Assembly: GCA_963630555.1 (NCBI GenBank) | Contig: CAVGND010000008.1 | Span: 230-64,229, forward strand | Reading direction: 5' to 3' | DNA: 64,000 nucleotides | Origin: Roseburia intestinalis | GTDB taxonomy: Bacteria; Bacillota; Clostridia; Oscillospirales; Acutalibacteraceae | Shown: positions 40,979 through 51,481 of the stretch, in pieces | How positions within the stretch are numbered: the stretch's first letter is position 1 | How the letters are laid out: the number at the start of each line of letters is the position of its first letter | Position numbers and translations under genes: made by a program | Notes under the pieces: model-generated | The model's input: the letters and a program-made list of their open reading frames with translations, nothing else | Databases searched by the model: none | What the model was told of the DNA's origin: nothing

Positions 40979-42424
40979 CTATTTTTTAGTCCATGTAGAA
41001 GGGAATGCCAAAAGCAATATCGGGTAAATTTCAAGCCTGCCGAGAAGCATTGCTACAGATAAAACTGTTTTTGAAAGATTTGAATAATCGGCAAAACTTG
41101 AGTACGGGCCGGCAATGTTAAACGCGGGGCCTACATTATTAAAGCATGTAACCGCAGCGGAAAGATTGGTTTCGATATTAAACCCCGAATCAAGCGACAG
41201 CAAAAGGAATATGCCGAACAGCAGAAATGCATAAACAGCAAGATAAGTATTGACGCCGGAAATCGTATCTTCACTTAACTTTTTACCCTCAAACATAACC
41301 GTTCCGAATGAGCGTGGGTGCAGCATTCGTTTAAGATCGCGCCGTATGTTTTTAATAAGTATAAGGAAACGCGAAACTTTTATGCCGCCGGCAGTGGAAC
41401 CTGCGCATCCTCCTATAAACATCAGTAACAAAAGTACGGTTTTTGAGAATAAAGGCCACTTGTCAAAATCGCAGGTTGCGTAACCGGTAGTTGTGATTAT
41501 TGACGATACCTGGAATGCGGAAAGCCTCAACGCTTTACTGAAATTATTATAAATCGGCATTATATTTATAAGAATAAGCGCTGTTGATGTACCGACAATG
41601 CCTAAATAGCACCATAGTTCGCCGCTTTTTAAAATATTTCTGAAATGCTTTATAAGCGCCAGGTAATAAAGGTTGAAATTTATACCGAAAAGCAGCATAA
41701 ATATTGTTATTACCCATTGCGAATAGGCACTGTATTCGGTAACGCTTGTCGGCTTTATGCCAAAACCGCCCGTACCCGCTGTGCCGAAAGAGTGCAAAAG
41801 ACTGTCAAATAACGGCATACCGCCGCAGCACAGCATAATTATTTCGATCACCGTCATAACAATATAAATCAGGTAAAGAATTTTAGCGGTTTTTTTCGCG
41901 CGCGGAACCAGTTTTCCGATAATCGGCCCCGGCATCTCAGCCCTCAGCATATGCATAGACCTGTCTGACAGGGTGGGGATAATTGCAGTTACAAAAACGA
42001 GTATACCCATTCCGCCTACCCAGTGCGTAAAACTTCGCCAGAACAGTATACCGTGGCTTAATTTGCTTACATCACGCACAATTGAGGAACCCGTAGTTGT
42101 AAATCCGCTTACCGTTTCAAAAAAAGCATCTACATATGAGGGGATTTCACCGCTTAAATAAAACGGCATCGCCCCGACGGCTGAAAGCAGTATCCAGGCA
42201 AGCGCAACGGTTATAAACCCTTCTTTTGCAAATATTACGCGGCTGCCGGGCTTGGCGGCTACCGTAAGCAATATGCCGATCATAAGTGCTGCACCGACGC
42301 TCCATAAAAATGCGGTTATACACGCTTCCGAATATATAACGGCAACCATTGCCGGGAGCAGCATAAGCGCTGCTTCGAATATCATTATTCTGCCTACCGT
42401 AAAAAGGACCATTCTTCTGTTCAT
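40979..42424 (-). CDS. trkH: TrkH-family potassium uptake membrane subunit
   Basis: 481 aa, multi-pass, with repeated selectivity-filter-like GFTTTGS / TAGTGGFG / TTTGYA / NNVGPAF motifs. Confidence 0.9.
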   Translation of the reverse strand: MNRRMVLFTVGRIMIFEAALMLLPAMVAVIYSEACITAFLWSVGAALMIGILLTVAAKPGSRVIFAKEGFITVALAWILLSAVGAMPFYLSGEIPSYVDAFFETVSGFTTTGSSIVRDVSKLSHGILFWRSFTHWVGGMGILVFVTAIIPTLSDRSMHMLRAEMPGPIIGKLVPRAKKTAKILYLIYIVMTVIEIIMLCCGGMPLFDSLLHSFGTAGTGGFGIKPTSVTEYSAYSQWVITIFMLLFGINFNLYYLALIKHFRNILKSGELWCYLGIVGTSTALILINIMPIYNNFSKALRLSAFQVSSIITTTGYATCDFDKWPLFSKTVLLLLMFIGGCAGSTAGGIKVSRFLILIKNIRRDLKRMLHPRSFGTVMFEGKKLSEDTISGVNTYLAVYAFLLFGIFLLLSLDSGFNIETNLSAAVTCFNNVGPAFNIAGPYSSFADYSNLSKTVLSVAMLLGRLEIYPILLLAFPSTWTKK

Positions 42425-42437
42425 TTGAAAAGCCCCC

Positions 42438-43796
42438 TTATTTGATTATATCAGAAAGGTCTTGCAGACCTATATCGCCCGCGATTACAACAACACGGTC
42501 ATTCGGTTTGATAACATCATCACCGGTCGGTATTATAGCTTTTCTGCCGCGTACTATTCCGGCAATAAGGGTATTGGGTTTAAAAGAAAGATCTTTAAGC
42601 GGTATATTTACAAGGCGTGATTCGTCACTCACATTAAATTCAAGTGCCTCCGCCTTTCCGTCCATAAGTTTATAAAGCGTTTCAACACTGCTGCCAAGGG
42701 AATTTTTAAGTGCCCTTGCATACTGAACCGTTATGTCAGCTGTGGTTTCACGAGGCGAAATTATACAGTCAAGCCCTAATTTAGAGGACATTTTTGCAAG
42801 TTCAGGGCGGTTGACCTTTGCAATAACTTTAGGAACATTGCGTGAAGATGCAAACATTGAAATAAGCATGTTTTCTTCATCCATTCCCGTAAGGGAAACA
42901 AATGCGTCAACCGAGTCAAGCCCTTCTTCAATCAGGGTTTCCTGCTCGGCACCGTCACCGTGTATAAGGGTTGCTTTCGGTAAAGCTTCACCCAACAGTT
43001 CGCAACGTTTAATATCTTTTTCTATGATCTTGACTGAACTGCCGCCTGCCGTAAGCATTTTTGCAAGATAAAACGCAGTACGGCTTCCGCCGAGTATCAT
43101 TATATTTTTAGCCTGTTTTTGCAGGATTTTCATTGATTTAAGAAGTTTGGTTATTTCCTGCCGTGAAGCGGTAATGCCGATTTTGTCACCGGCTTGCAGA
43201 ACAAAGTTGCCGTCAGGAATATAAACATCATCGCCGCGCTTAACAGCCGCTATTAAAAAACTGTACGAATGATCGGAACGCAACCTGCTTAAGGTTGCCC
43301 CGTCAAGGGATGAACCCTCTTTTACATTCATTTCTATCATCTCAAAGTTTCGACGAGAAAAGGTCTCGATCTTAACAGCTGACGGTAATTTTAAAATATT
43401 AAAAAGTTCCTGTGCCGCCAAAAGTTCGGGGTTTATTGACATAGAGAGATCCAGTTGTTGGCGAACAAAACTCAAACTCCGGTCATTATATTCCGGTTTG
43501 CGTATTCTCGCAATGGTGTGTTTTGCACCGAGTTTTTTGGCAAGAAAACAACTCAGCATATTCATTTCGTCCGAACCGGCTGTCGCTATAAAAAGTTCGG
43601 CCTTGTCGATATCGGCTTCTTCAAGTGTATCGCAATCGGTACAACTTCCGCATACGCCCATAACATCGTAAATATCGGTTATTTCTCTGATAACCGAATT
43701 ATCGGTGTCAATGGCAAGCACATCGTGCCCTTCCGATACAAGATTTTGCAAAATAGTGGTTCCGATTTTGCCGCAGCCCGCAACAATAATATTCAT
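42438..43796 (-). CDS. trkA: Trk system NAD-binding subunit TrkA (tandem RCK)
   Basis: MNIIVAGCGKIGTT and a second ILGGSRTAFYLA Rossmann fold. Start moved to ATG 43796. Confidence 0.9.
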   Translation of the reverse strand: MNIIVAGCGKIGTTILQNLVSEGHDVLAIDTDNSVIREITDIYDVMGVCGSCTDCDTLEEADIDKAELFIATAGSDEMNMLSCFLAKKLGAKHTIARIRKPEYNDRSLSFVRQQLDLSMSINPELLAAQELFNILKLPSAVKIETFSRRNFEMIEMNVKEGSSLDGATLSRLRSDHSYSFLIAAVKRGDDVYIPDGNFVLQAGDKIGITASRQEITKLLKSMKILQKQAKNIMILGGSRTAFYLAKMLTAGGSSVKIIEKDIKRCELLGEALPKATLIHGDGAEQETLIEEGLDSVDAFVSLTGMDEENMLISMFASSRNVPKVIAKVNRPELAKMSSKLGLDCIISPRETTADITVQYARALKNSLGSSVETLYKLMDGKAEALEFNVSDESRLVNIPLKDLSFKPNTLIAGIVRGRKAIIPTGDDVIKPNDRVVVIAGDIGLQDLSDIIK

Positions 43797-43940
43797 TATT
43801 ACTCGACCTTCCTTAAACGGAAATTTACGGCGACATTGCGCCGTCAATATATCGCAGATACAGTAAAATTTTATATCTGTAATAATACCAGAGCAATGGT
43901 AACACAATTATATTTGTTTTGCAAGCCCCAAATTAAAAAA

Positions 43941-45455
43941 TTAAATTTTAACTGTAATACTTTTACTGTTTCTTCCGGAACGGGTATATAAATATCCCGC
44001 AGCAAAGGTGATTACGGATACAAAAATTTTAAAAATACACAGCGCAAGCCCCTTTACACCGTATCCGTCAAGCACTTTTGCCGCTGCGTCCGACGCCCAG
44101 AAAGCGAGCAGGGCAGAAGCAAGCGGACTGACGATATCGCGCATAAGACTCAACTTGATGCAGGCTTCGCAAAGAACCTTTGAAACACACAAAGATGAAG
44201 TGAAAACATTGCTTGCTGCCATTATCGCAAGAAAGCCCTCCATTCCGAAACGGGGAACGACAAGGCGTATTGCAATTATACGCATAACGGAATCGGCAAC
44301 ATTATATTTAAAGGCATAATTCTGTTTGTCAAATCCTTTTAACATTCCGTCACAGACGCTTTCAAGATACATAAACGGTATTATCGGGGCAAGAACTTTA
44401 ACTATATGACCTGTTTGCGGACTCGAATATATGATGTTGCCAAGTTCGTTTCCGGCAGAAAAAAAGCAACTCGCCAGAAGAAAAGAGGCGGCTGTTGTGA
44501 CTGTTATTACAGTTTCGCATTTTTTTGCAGAACCTTTGCCGTCACAGGATATTTCCGGTATCAGCATTGTGGAAACCGCCATGAGCAGTGAAGAAGGGAA
44601 AAATATAAGCGGTATAGCCATCCCTTTAAGAGCGCCGAAAAGCGTGAGCCCGGTCTTGCCGTTGCCGTAGAAAGCGGCGAGCAGAGTGGGCATCATCACA
44701 TTTTCGATTGTTTTAAGTCCTGTTGTAACATATCTGCCTGCAGTTATCGGGAGTGCGATTTCAAGAATTTTTCTTCCTGTTTTAAGTTTTACGGTTTGTC
44801 CTCCCGTGGCGGTTTTTCGGCATTCGGCGCGGTACATTATCCATATTATAAGGGTTGCCGCCGCTTCTGCAACCGCGTCGCCGACAAATACTGCGGCGGT
44901 GCATACCGCAAGACCGCCGCTGTGAAACAGTGATACTGCCGCCGCAGTTACGCCTATGCGTATAAACTGTTCAAATATTTGCGAAACGGAAGGTTCAACC
45001 GTCTTTTTTTTCGCGATAAAAAAGCCGCGCAGGCAGGATGATATGCCGGAAAACGGTAATGTCGCCGCCAAAACTTTTACGGACAATTCACAGCGTGCGT
45101 CGTTCAAAAAAACCGTTGCAATCGGTTTGGCAAATAAAATCAAAACTGATGACGATACGCCCGCAACCGCAAGCGTCATAAATATTGCACGCCTTGTAAT
45201 GCGCATTACGGTAGCCCTGCCGTAAGCCGCTCTTTCCGCAACGAGCCTTGTAACCGCAGTGCATATACCGCTGCTTGCAAATGCGGCGGCGAGCAGGTAG
45301 ACGGAAAGTACAAGTTGATATAGTCCGATTCCTTCTTCACCAATGTTTTTGGCAAGCCATATTCTGAACAATATACCGGCGGCACGCAAAACAAGCGATG
45401 TCAGCGTTAAAATTACGGCATTTTGAATAAACGACCTTTTTTTCAAAATTATCAC
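43941..45455 (-). CDS. spoVB: Stage V sporulation protein B / MOP-superfamily flippase
   Basis: 504 aa, about 14 TM helices. N-terminus SFIQNAVILTLTSLVLRAAGILFRIWLAKNIGEEGIGLYQL is typical of SpoVB. Confidence 0.75.
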   Translation of the reverse strand: MIILKKRSFIQNAVILTLTSLVLRAAGILFRIWLAKNIGEEGIGLYQLVLSVYLLAAAFASSGICTAVTRLVAERAAYGRATVMRITRRAIFMTLAVAGVSSSVLILFAKPIATVFLNDARCELSVKVLAATLPFSGISSCLRGFFIAKKKTVEPSVSQIFEQFIRIGVTAAAVSLFHSGGLAVCTAAVFVGDAVAEAAATLIIWIMYRAECRKTATGGQTVKLKTGRKILEIALPITAGRYVTTGLKTIENVMMPTLLAAFYGNGKTGLTLFGALKGMAIPLIFFPSSLLMAVSTMLIPEISCDGKGSAKKCETVITVTTAASFLLASCFFSAGNELGNIIYSSPQTGHIVKVLAPIIPFMYLESVCDGMLKGFDKQNYAFKYNVADSVMRIIAIRLVVPRFGMEGFLAIMAASNVFTSSLCVSKVLCEACIKLSLMRDIVSPLASALLAFWASDAAAKVLDGYGVKGLALCIFKIFVSVITFAAGYLYTRSGRNSKSITVKI

Positions 45456-45530
45456 CCATAAATATATATTATTCGGAAAAGATATATAGGACAGAAAAAA
45501 AGATTGTATTTGTTGAAAGTGGGATTGGTT

Positions 45531-46934
45531 ATGTCAGACGCAAAATCTTTAATACAAAGAATATCACATGACTTGGCGGTGGATAAAAGTTTTGACCTTG
45601 TACGCCGCGATATAATGATAGCCGACCGTGAGGCGGCGCTGTTTTTTGTGGACGGGTTTACAAAGGATGAGGTTTATGAAAAAATGATGGAATTTCTTTT
45701 AAAACGCAAGCCTTCCGATCTCAAAGGCATAAAGACCATGGAGGAATTTTCAAAACATTATATGCCGTATATCGAGGTTGCTTTTCAGTACAATGTGGAA
45801 GAAATGGAAACAGCTGTTCTTTCGGGTCAGTCGGTGCTTATAGTAGACGGAATAGAGGGTGCGCTGCTTGTTGATACACGGGAATATCCGGTTCGTTCGA
45901 TAGAAGAACCCGAAAAGGATAAGTCGCTGCGCGGTTCGCGTGACGGATTTGTGGAAACACTTATATTTAATACGGCTATGATACGCAGGCGAATAAGAGA
46001 TCCGCGTTTGCGAATGGAATATGTAAGGATAGGAAAGGTATCAAAAGTTGATCTGTGCATTTCTTATGTGGATGGAATTGCTGACCGTAAAGTGGTTAAT
46101 AAATTGAAAAAACGGCTCGGTGAACTTGAACTGAATAATGTTTCAATGACATCGCAGGCGCTTAGTGAAACACTTGTGCCGACCAATTATTTTAACCCGT
46201 TCCCGAAAATCAAATTTACTGAGCGACCGGATTACGCCAGTGCCTGCATTTTAGAAGGACGGATTGCACTTGTAATGGATAACTCGCCGTCCGTAATGCT
46301 GTTCGCGACATCGTTTTCGGACTTCACAAAAGAGGTTGACGATTACTATTTTGCACCGATAACAGCGACTTTTATAAGATTGGTGCGTACGGCAGTGTCG
46401 CTTGCCACGGTGTTTTTAACGCCGGTCATGCTCTATTTGTTAAACAATCAGGAGGTTATACCGAAGTGGCTTGAATTTATAATGATATACAAAAAAACAC
46501 CTATAACGGTGTTTTGGCAGTTTGTGATTTTGGAATTTATAATTGACGGGCTTCGCCTTGCTTCAATGAATACACCTACGGCACTCAGCGGCTCGTTCGG
46601 TATAATCGGAGGTTTGCTTCTTTCCGATTTTGCAATAGACGCAGGCTGGTTTTTGCCTGAAACGATTATATATATGTCATTTGTTGCCATCGCTTCATTT
46701 TCCCAACCGAGTTATGAAATGGGATATGCGATGAAATTTTCGCGGCTCTTGCTTTTGGTATTTACTCAATTGTTCGGGCTTTACGGGCTTATAGGCGGAA
46801 CCGTGCTTATAGTAATAATTATGATGTCTTCCGAAACCCTGTCCGGGCGCGGCTATTTTTATCCGATAATACCGTTTAATTTTAAGGATTTTGCAAAGAT
46901 GTTTGTCCGTACAAAGATAAAGAAAGGGCATTGA
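45531..46934 (+). CDS. GerA-family spore germination protein (GerAA/SpoVAF-like)
   Basis: Soluble N-terminal domain plus a C-terminal 5-TM region typical of GerAA/SpoVAF. Start at MSDAKSLIQR. Confidence 0.75.
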   Translation: MSDAKSLIQRISHDLAVDKSFDLVRRDIMIADREAALFFVDGFTKDEVYEKMMEFLLKRKPSDLKGIKTMEEFSKHYMPYIEVAFQYNVEEMETAVLSGQSVLIVDGIEGALLVDTREYPVRSIEEPEKDKSLRGSRDGFVETLIFNTAMIRRRIRDPRLRMEYVRIGKVSKVDLCISYVDGIADRKVVNKLKKRLGELELNNVSMTSQALSETLVPTNYFNPFPKIKFTERPDYASACILEGRIALVMDNSPSVMLFATSFSDFTKEVDDYYFAPITATFIRLVRTAVSLATVFLTPVMLYLLNNQEVIPKWLEFIMIYKKTPITVFWQFVILEFIIDGLRLASMNTPTALSGSFGIIGGLLLSDFAIDAGWFLPETIIYMSFVAIASFSQPSYEMGYAMKFSRLLLLVFTQLFGLYGLIGGTVLIVIIMMSSETLSGRGYFYPIIPFNFKDFAKMFVRTKIKKGH

Positions 46935-46961
46935 GGCGGTTCGGATTTTACCGGTGCCGCT

Positions 46962-47708
46962 CTATCGGCGCAGGCTTCCGGTAAGCGCCGTGTATTTTTC
47001 GGGAATCGGTGCGTTGCTTATAAGTGTATTTATATTATCCAAACCGCATATTTTGCAAAAATATTTCTTGCCGAGTTTGCTCCCGTCGAATAGCAGGAAA
47101 GTCGTGCCTGAATTTTTTAAGTATGCTGATTTTATTTCCGCTTCCTCTTCGCTTGATTCGGTAACACCGGATTCAATGTCAACGCCGCGACAGGATATAA
47201 ACGCACTGTCGGCGTGAAAATCATTTATAAATCGTACCGCACGACTGCCTACGAATGAGAAAGCGCGTTCCCGTAACCGACCGCCTGTGCAGTATGCCGT
47301 AACACCGTCAATGTCCGACAGGATGTTGACGGTTTTTAAACTGTTAGTAATTACCCTAAGTCCCGAAAATACCGCAAGTTGACCTGCAAGGGCACAACAG
47401 GTGCTGCTTGAATCAATAAAAATTGTTTGACCGTCTTTTATGTGTTTAAGCGCTCTGCCCGCAATAAGTCGCTTTGCGCGCGTGTTTTCGTTTTCGCGCA
47501 GCATAAGCGGCGATTCACGGCTACCGCTGTCGATAAGTACGGCACCGCCGTGTGTTCGTTTTATAACCCCTGCGTTTTCAAGCAGCGCCAGATCTCTGCG
47601 TATTGTTGCGCCGCTTGAATAAAGGGCTTTGCACAATTCCTCAACCGACGCGGCTTTTCGTTTGTTAAGCATTTCTATTATTTCATTTTGGCGTTCAAGC
47701 GGAAGCAT
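46962..47708 (-). CDS. DeoR/GlpR-family transcriptional regulator, divergent from the BMC operon
   Basis: HTH VEELCKALYSSGATIRRDLALLENAGVIKRTHGGA plus a sugar-phosphate-binding C-terminal domain. Confidence 0.88.
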   Translation of the reverse strand: MLPLERQNEIIEMLNKRKAASVEELCKALYSSGATIRRDLALLENAGVIKRTHGGAVLIDSGSRESPLMLRENENTRAKRLIAGRALKHIKDGQTIFIDSSSTCCALAGQLAVFSGLRVITNSLKTVNILSDIDGVTAYCTGGRLRERAFSFVGSRAVRFINDFHADSAFISCRGVDIESGVTESSEEEAEIKSAYLKNSGTTFLLFDGSKLGKKYFCKICGLDNINTLISNAPIPEKYTALTGSLRR

Positions 47709-47737
47709 ATACGGTCATCCTCGTTAAATAAATTTGT

Positions 47738-47757
47738 TCATTTATGATTATAAATGA
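47738..47757. promoter_or_regulatory. Inverted repeat TCATTTA-N6-TAAATGA in the deoR/BMC intergenic region (candidate operator)
   Basis: A perfect 7-bp inverted repeat 30 nt upstream of the deoR start. Confidence 0.3.
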
Positions 47758-47805
47758 TTACTTTTGAAAAAACAAGTGTAAATATTGCTTTTTTTGCGCC
47801 GAATA

Positions 47806-47834
47806 TAGACAAATAGATAAAAGTGTGGTATCAT
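47806..47834 (+). promoter_or_regulatory. Candidate promoter of the BMC operon
   Basis: TAGACA 47806-47811, a 17-nt spacer ending TGg, TATCAT 47829-47834. This leaves an approximately 95-nt leader. Confidence 0.45.
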
Positions 47835-47936
47835 ACAAAAGTAAGATTCTATGGGTGAAAAAGGCTGCGTATCTGCCGCATTCCCCATGTTGTCTGACCA
47901 AAGCCGTACATATTAACAGAAAGGAATATATAAATT

Positions 47937-48752
47937 ATGCAAAAATCACCATACGAAATCAAGAAAGAAATCTGCGAAGTCGGTCATAAGGTGTATGCAA
48001 AGGGATTTGTTGCCGCTAATGACGGTAATATCTCGGTAAAAGTAAACGATAATGAGTTTTACTGCACACCTACCGGTGTGTCAAAAGGTTCGCTCACACC
48101 GGATATGATTATAAAAATTGACGGAACAGGCAAAAAACTTGACGGTAAACTCAACCCATCATCAGAAATTAAAATGCATCTTCGCGTTTACAGGGAACGC
48201 CCCGATGTTATGGCTGTTGTTCACGCTCATCCTCCTATCGCTACCGCATTTACGGTTGCGGGAGTTCCGATGAATGAATACATATTGCCCGAAGCGGTTC
48301 TTACTATAGGCGATGTTCCTACCTGTGAATACGGTACGCCTTCAACCGAAGAAATTCCCGATTCACTTGAACCGTACATCCAGCAGCACGATGCGTTCCT
48401 GCTTAAAAACCACGGTGCGCTTACCGTCGGCAACACTCTTACAAAGGCTCTGTTTATGATGGAAGAGGTTGAGTTTAACGCAAGAATCGCAATGTACGCG
48501 CGTCAACTCGGAGGAGTCGAGGAAATACCTTGCGAACAACTTGAAAAACTTATGGAACTCCGTAAAAAGATGAATATTCCGGGTCGTCACCCCGGATGCA
48601 AAAAATGTAAAAACCTCGGAACCGAGAATTGCCGCTGCAAGGACAACCTTAATAAGGCGGCCTGCAATTGCAATACGCACGCTGCCGCTGCACCGTCCGG
48701 TGATATGATATCCGAAATTACCAAACGTGTTTTGGCTCAACTCGGTAAATAA
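47937..48752 (+). CDS. Class II aldolase (L-fuculose/rhamnulose-phosphate aldolase-like) with a 54-aa C-terminal extension
   Basis: Zn ligands in the HLRVY...VVHAHP context. The core is about 215 aa. It is followed by a Cys-rich linker and an amphipathic tail DMISEITKRVLAQLGK. Confidence 0.88.
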   Translation: MQKSPYEIKKEICEVGHKVYAKGFVAANDGNISVKVNDNEFYCTPTGVSKGSLTPDMIIKIDGTGKKLDGKLNPSSEIKMHLRVYRERPDVMAVVHAHPPIATAFTVAGVPMNEYILPEAVLTIGDVPTCEYGTPSTEEIPDSLEPYIQQHDAFLLKNHGALTVGNTLTKALFMMEEVEFNARIAMYARQLGGVEEIPCEQLEKLMELRKKMNIPGRHPGCKKCKNLGTENCRCKDNLNKAACNCNTHAAAAPSGDMISEITKRVLAQLGK

Positions 48753-48775
48753 GGCTTCGGAAGGGAGTTTTCACT

Positions 48776-50224
48776 TTGGCTCTTAATTGGACTGAAGCAC
48801 AGATAGAACAAATAGTAAAAGCGGTTGTTGCGCAAATGGGCGGCGATGCCGAAAAGGATTGGGATGCTACCCATTACGGCAGCAGAACATTTACAGGCGT
48901 TTTCGAGGATGTTAACGATGCAATAAACGCGGCTCAGAATGGGTATAAAGCCGTCAGCGCTATGAGTGTTGAACAGCGCGAAAAAATAATATCCGAAATA
49001 CGGAAATTTACCCGTGATGAAGCACATATTATGGGTGCGCTCGGCGTAGCCGAAACCCATATGGGCAGGGTTGACCATAAAACCGCCAAGCATATTTTGG
49101 TAGCCGATAAGACCCCGGGCACGGAGGATATAAAGGCGGAAGCCCAAACCGGTGATCACGGTCTTACCTTGACCGAGCAGGCACCGTTCGGCGTCGTGGG
49201 TGCAATAACACCCAGCACCAACCCGAGCGAAACCGTTATATGCAACAGTATAGGCATGGTGGCCGCAGGTAACGGCGTGGTGTTCAATCCCCATCCGGGC
49301 GCAATTGCCACTTCAAACTATGCGGTTGACCTTGTAAACCGTGCAAGTGCCGCAGCAGGCGGCCCAAGGGTACTGGTTGCATCGGTCGTTAAACCGACAA
49401 TGGAAACCGCGGCGGTAATAGAAAAGCATCCGTCTATAAAATTGCTTGTTTGCACAGGCGGCCCGGGCGTTGTAAAAGCAGTGCTTTCTTCGGGTAAGAA
49501 GGCGATAGGCGCAGGCGCGGGAAATCCACCTGTTATTGTTGACGATACCGCCGATATAAAAAAGGCGGCAAAGGATATAATTGACGGTTGCACATTTGAT
49601 AACAACCTGCCATGCATCGCTGAAAAGGAAGTTTTTGCTTTCAGAAATATTGCCGACGAACTTATTGACGGTATGATGAAAAACGGTGCATATATGATTG
49701 AGGCGGATAAAGCGCGCGAACTTGCCGGAATAGTTCTTGTTGATAAAAAGAATCCCAAAACGGGCATTGTTAAAAAAACCGTCAGCCGCGAATGTGTGGG
49801 CAGGGATGCACGCATACTTCTCGCAAAAATAGGCATAGAGGTTGATGACAGTATACGCTGCATAATATGCGAGGCTGAGTTTGACCATCCGTTTGTTCAA
49901 AACGAACTAATGATGCCGATTTTGCCGATTGTACGTGTTGATAATATTGACGAGGCAATTGACCTTGCGGTAAAAGCAGAACACGGCAACCGCCATACGG
50001 CGCATATGCACTCTAAAAATATCGATAACCTGTCGCGTTTCGCACGCGCCGTTGAAACCACGATATTTGTTAAAAATGCACCGTCATATGCAGGCATCGG
50101 TTTCGGCGGAGAGGGCCATACGACTTTTACAATCGCCGGACCTACGGGTGAAGGAATCACATCGGCGCGCAGTTTTACAAGGCGCCGCCGCTGCGTGATG
50201 GCGGACAGTTTCCGCATAATATAA
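48776..50224 (+). CDS. CoA-acylating aldehyde dehydrogenase (PduP/EutE-like) with an N-terminal encapsulation peptide
   Basis: Catalytic NNLPCIAEKE. N-terminus MALNWTEAQIEQIVKAVVAQMGG. TTG start after a GGAAGGGAG Shine-Dalgarno. Confidence 0.9.
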   Translation: MALNWTEAQIEQIVKAVVAQMGGDAEKDWDATHYGSRTFTGVFEDVNDAINAAQNGYKAVSAMSVEQREKIISEIRKFTRDEAHIMGALGVAETHMGRVDHKTAKHILVADKTPGTEDIKAEAQTGDHGLTLTEQAPFGVVGAITPSTNPSETVICNSIGMVAAGNGVVFNPHPGAIATSNYAVDLVNRASAAAGGPRVLVASVVKPTMETAAVIEKHPSIKLLVCTGGPGVVKAVLSSGKKAIGAGAGNPPVIVDDTADIKKAAKDIIDGCTFDNNLPCIAEKEVFAFRNIADELIDGMMKNGAYMIEADKARELAGIVLVDKKNPKTGIVKKTVSRECVGRDARILLAKIGIEVDDSIRCIICEAEFDHPFVQNELMMPILPIVRVDNIDEAIDLAVKAEHGNRHTAHMHSKNIDNLSRFARAVETTIFVKNAPSYAGIGFGGEGHTTFTIAGPTGEGITSARSFTRRRRCVMADSFRII

Positions 50225-50263
50225 TTTGTTAATTTGCATTAAATCTAAAAAGGAGGAATACTT

Positions 50264-51463
50264 ATGGAAATTTCAGCTTCTCAGATTGAAACTATTGTAA
50301 GGTCAATAGTAAGTCAAATGGGCGGCGGAACTTCCGCACCGTGCGATATACCGAAAAAAGCGCACGTTGCAATGCTTACCGATAAAAAGCATTTTGAGGT
50401 TAAAGAATTTCCGGTTCCCGAACTCGGGGATGACGATATACTCGTAAAGGTCGAGGGGTGCGGCGTATGCGGCACCGATGTTCACGAATGGAAAGGCGAC
50501 CCGTTCGGTCTTATTCCTGTTGTTCTCGGACACGAGGGTACAGGCGAAATAATCTACCTCGGAAAGAATATTAAATGCGATACCGCAGGCAACCCCTTAA
50601 AGGTAGGCGATAAATTGGTAACTTCGGTTATCAGTTGCGGTGAATGCGGCATATGCCGTATGCATCCTTCGCACACTAATCTTTGCGATAAGCAGGGTGT
50701 TTTCGGACTTATAGGGCATAATGATGTGCAACCGCTTAACGGCTGGTTCTCGGATTATATGCTTATAAGGGGAAAGGGCGCAACATATTTTGCGGTTAAT
50801 GACCTTGATTTGCAGGAAAGAATGCTGCTTGAACTTGCCACCGTTTGCGTTCATGCGCTTGACCGTGCCCGTTCAACCGGACTTATTAATTTTAACTCAA
50901 AGGTTCTTATTCAGGGTTGCGGCCCTGTAGGACTTGTGCAGATTGCGGTTCTCCGCGCTGCCGGTGTGAACCATATCATAGCGGTTGACGGTACGCCTTC
51001 AAGACTTGAAATGGCAAAACGGCTGGGCGCCAAAACAACCGTAAACTTCCGCGAAGTTCCGGAAATTAAAGACCGTGTTAATATGGTTAAAAAACTTACC
51101 GTAGGCGGTCTGGGCGCTGACTTTGCATTCCAGTGCACGGGCGCACCCGCAGCGGCTAAGGATATATTTGAATACATAAGGCGCGGCGGCGGCGTTTGCG
51201 AAATGGGATTTTTCGTCAATAACGGCAGTTATGAAATAAATCCGCACTTCGCAATGTGCAATAAGGAAATCAATCTTGTAGGCTCGTGGGATTACAGTGC
51301 AGAGGATTATCCCACTGCAATGGCTTTTTTGAAACAGGCAAGGGAAATGAATATTCCGATTAAGGAACTTATAACACATAATTTCCCGCTTGATAAAATG
51401 AACGAGGCAATGGAGGTCAATGTTTCCCAAAAGGGTATAAAGATCTGTTATGTTGCAGATTAA
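50264..51463 (+). CDS. Zinc-dependent (MDR) alcohol dehydrogenase with an N-terminal encapsulation peptide
   Basis: GHEGTGEI, structural-Zn CGECGICR, NAD-binding GCGPVGL. N-terminus MEISASQIETIVRSIVSQMGGG. Confidence 0.88.
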   Translation: MEISASQIETIVRSIVSQMGGGTSAPCDIPKKAHVAMLTDKKHFEVKEFPVPELGDDDILVKVEGCGVCGTDVHEWKGDPFGLIPVVLGHEGTGEIIYLGKNIKCDTAGNPLKVGDKLVTSVISCGECGICRMHPSHTNLCDKQGVFGLIGHNDVQPLNGWFSDYMLIRGKGATYFAVNDLDLQERMLLELATVCVHALDRARSTGLINFNSKVLIQGCGPVGLVQIAVLRAAGVNHIIAVDGTPSRLEMAKRLGAKTTVNFREVPEIKDRVNMVKKLTVGGLGADFAFQCTGAPAAAKDIFEYIRRGGGVCEMGFFVNNGSYEINPHFAMCNKEINLVGSWDYSAEDYPTAMAFLKQAREMNIPIKELITHNFPLDKMNEAMEVNVSQKGIKICYVAD

Positions 51464-51481
51464 GGGGAGGAATGACCCGAA

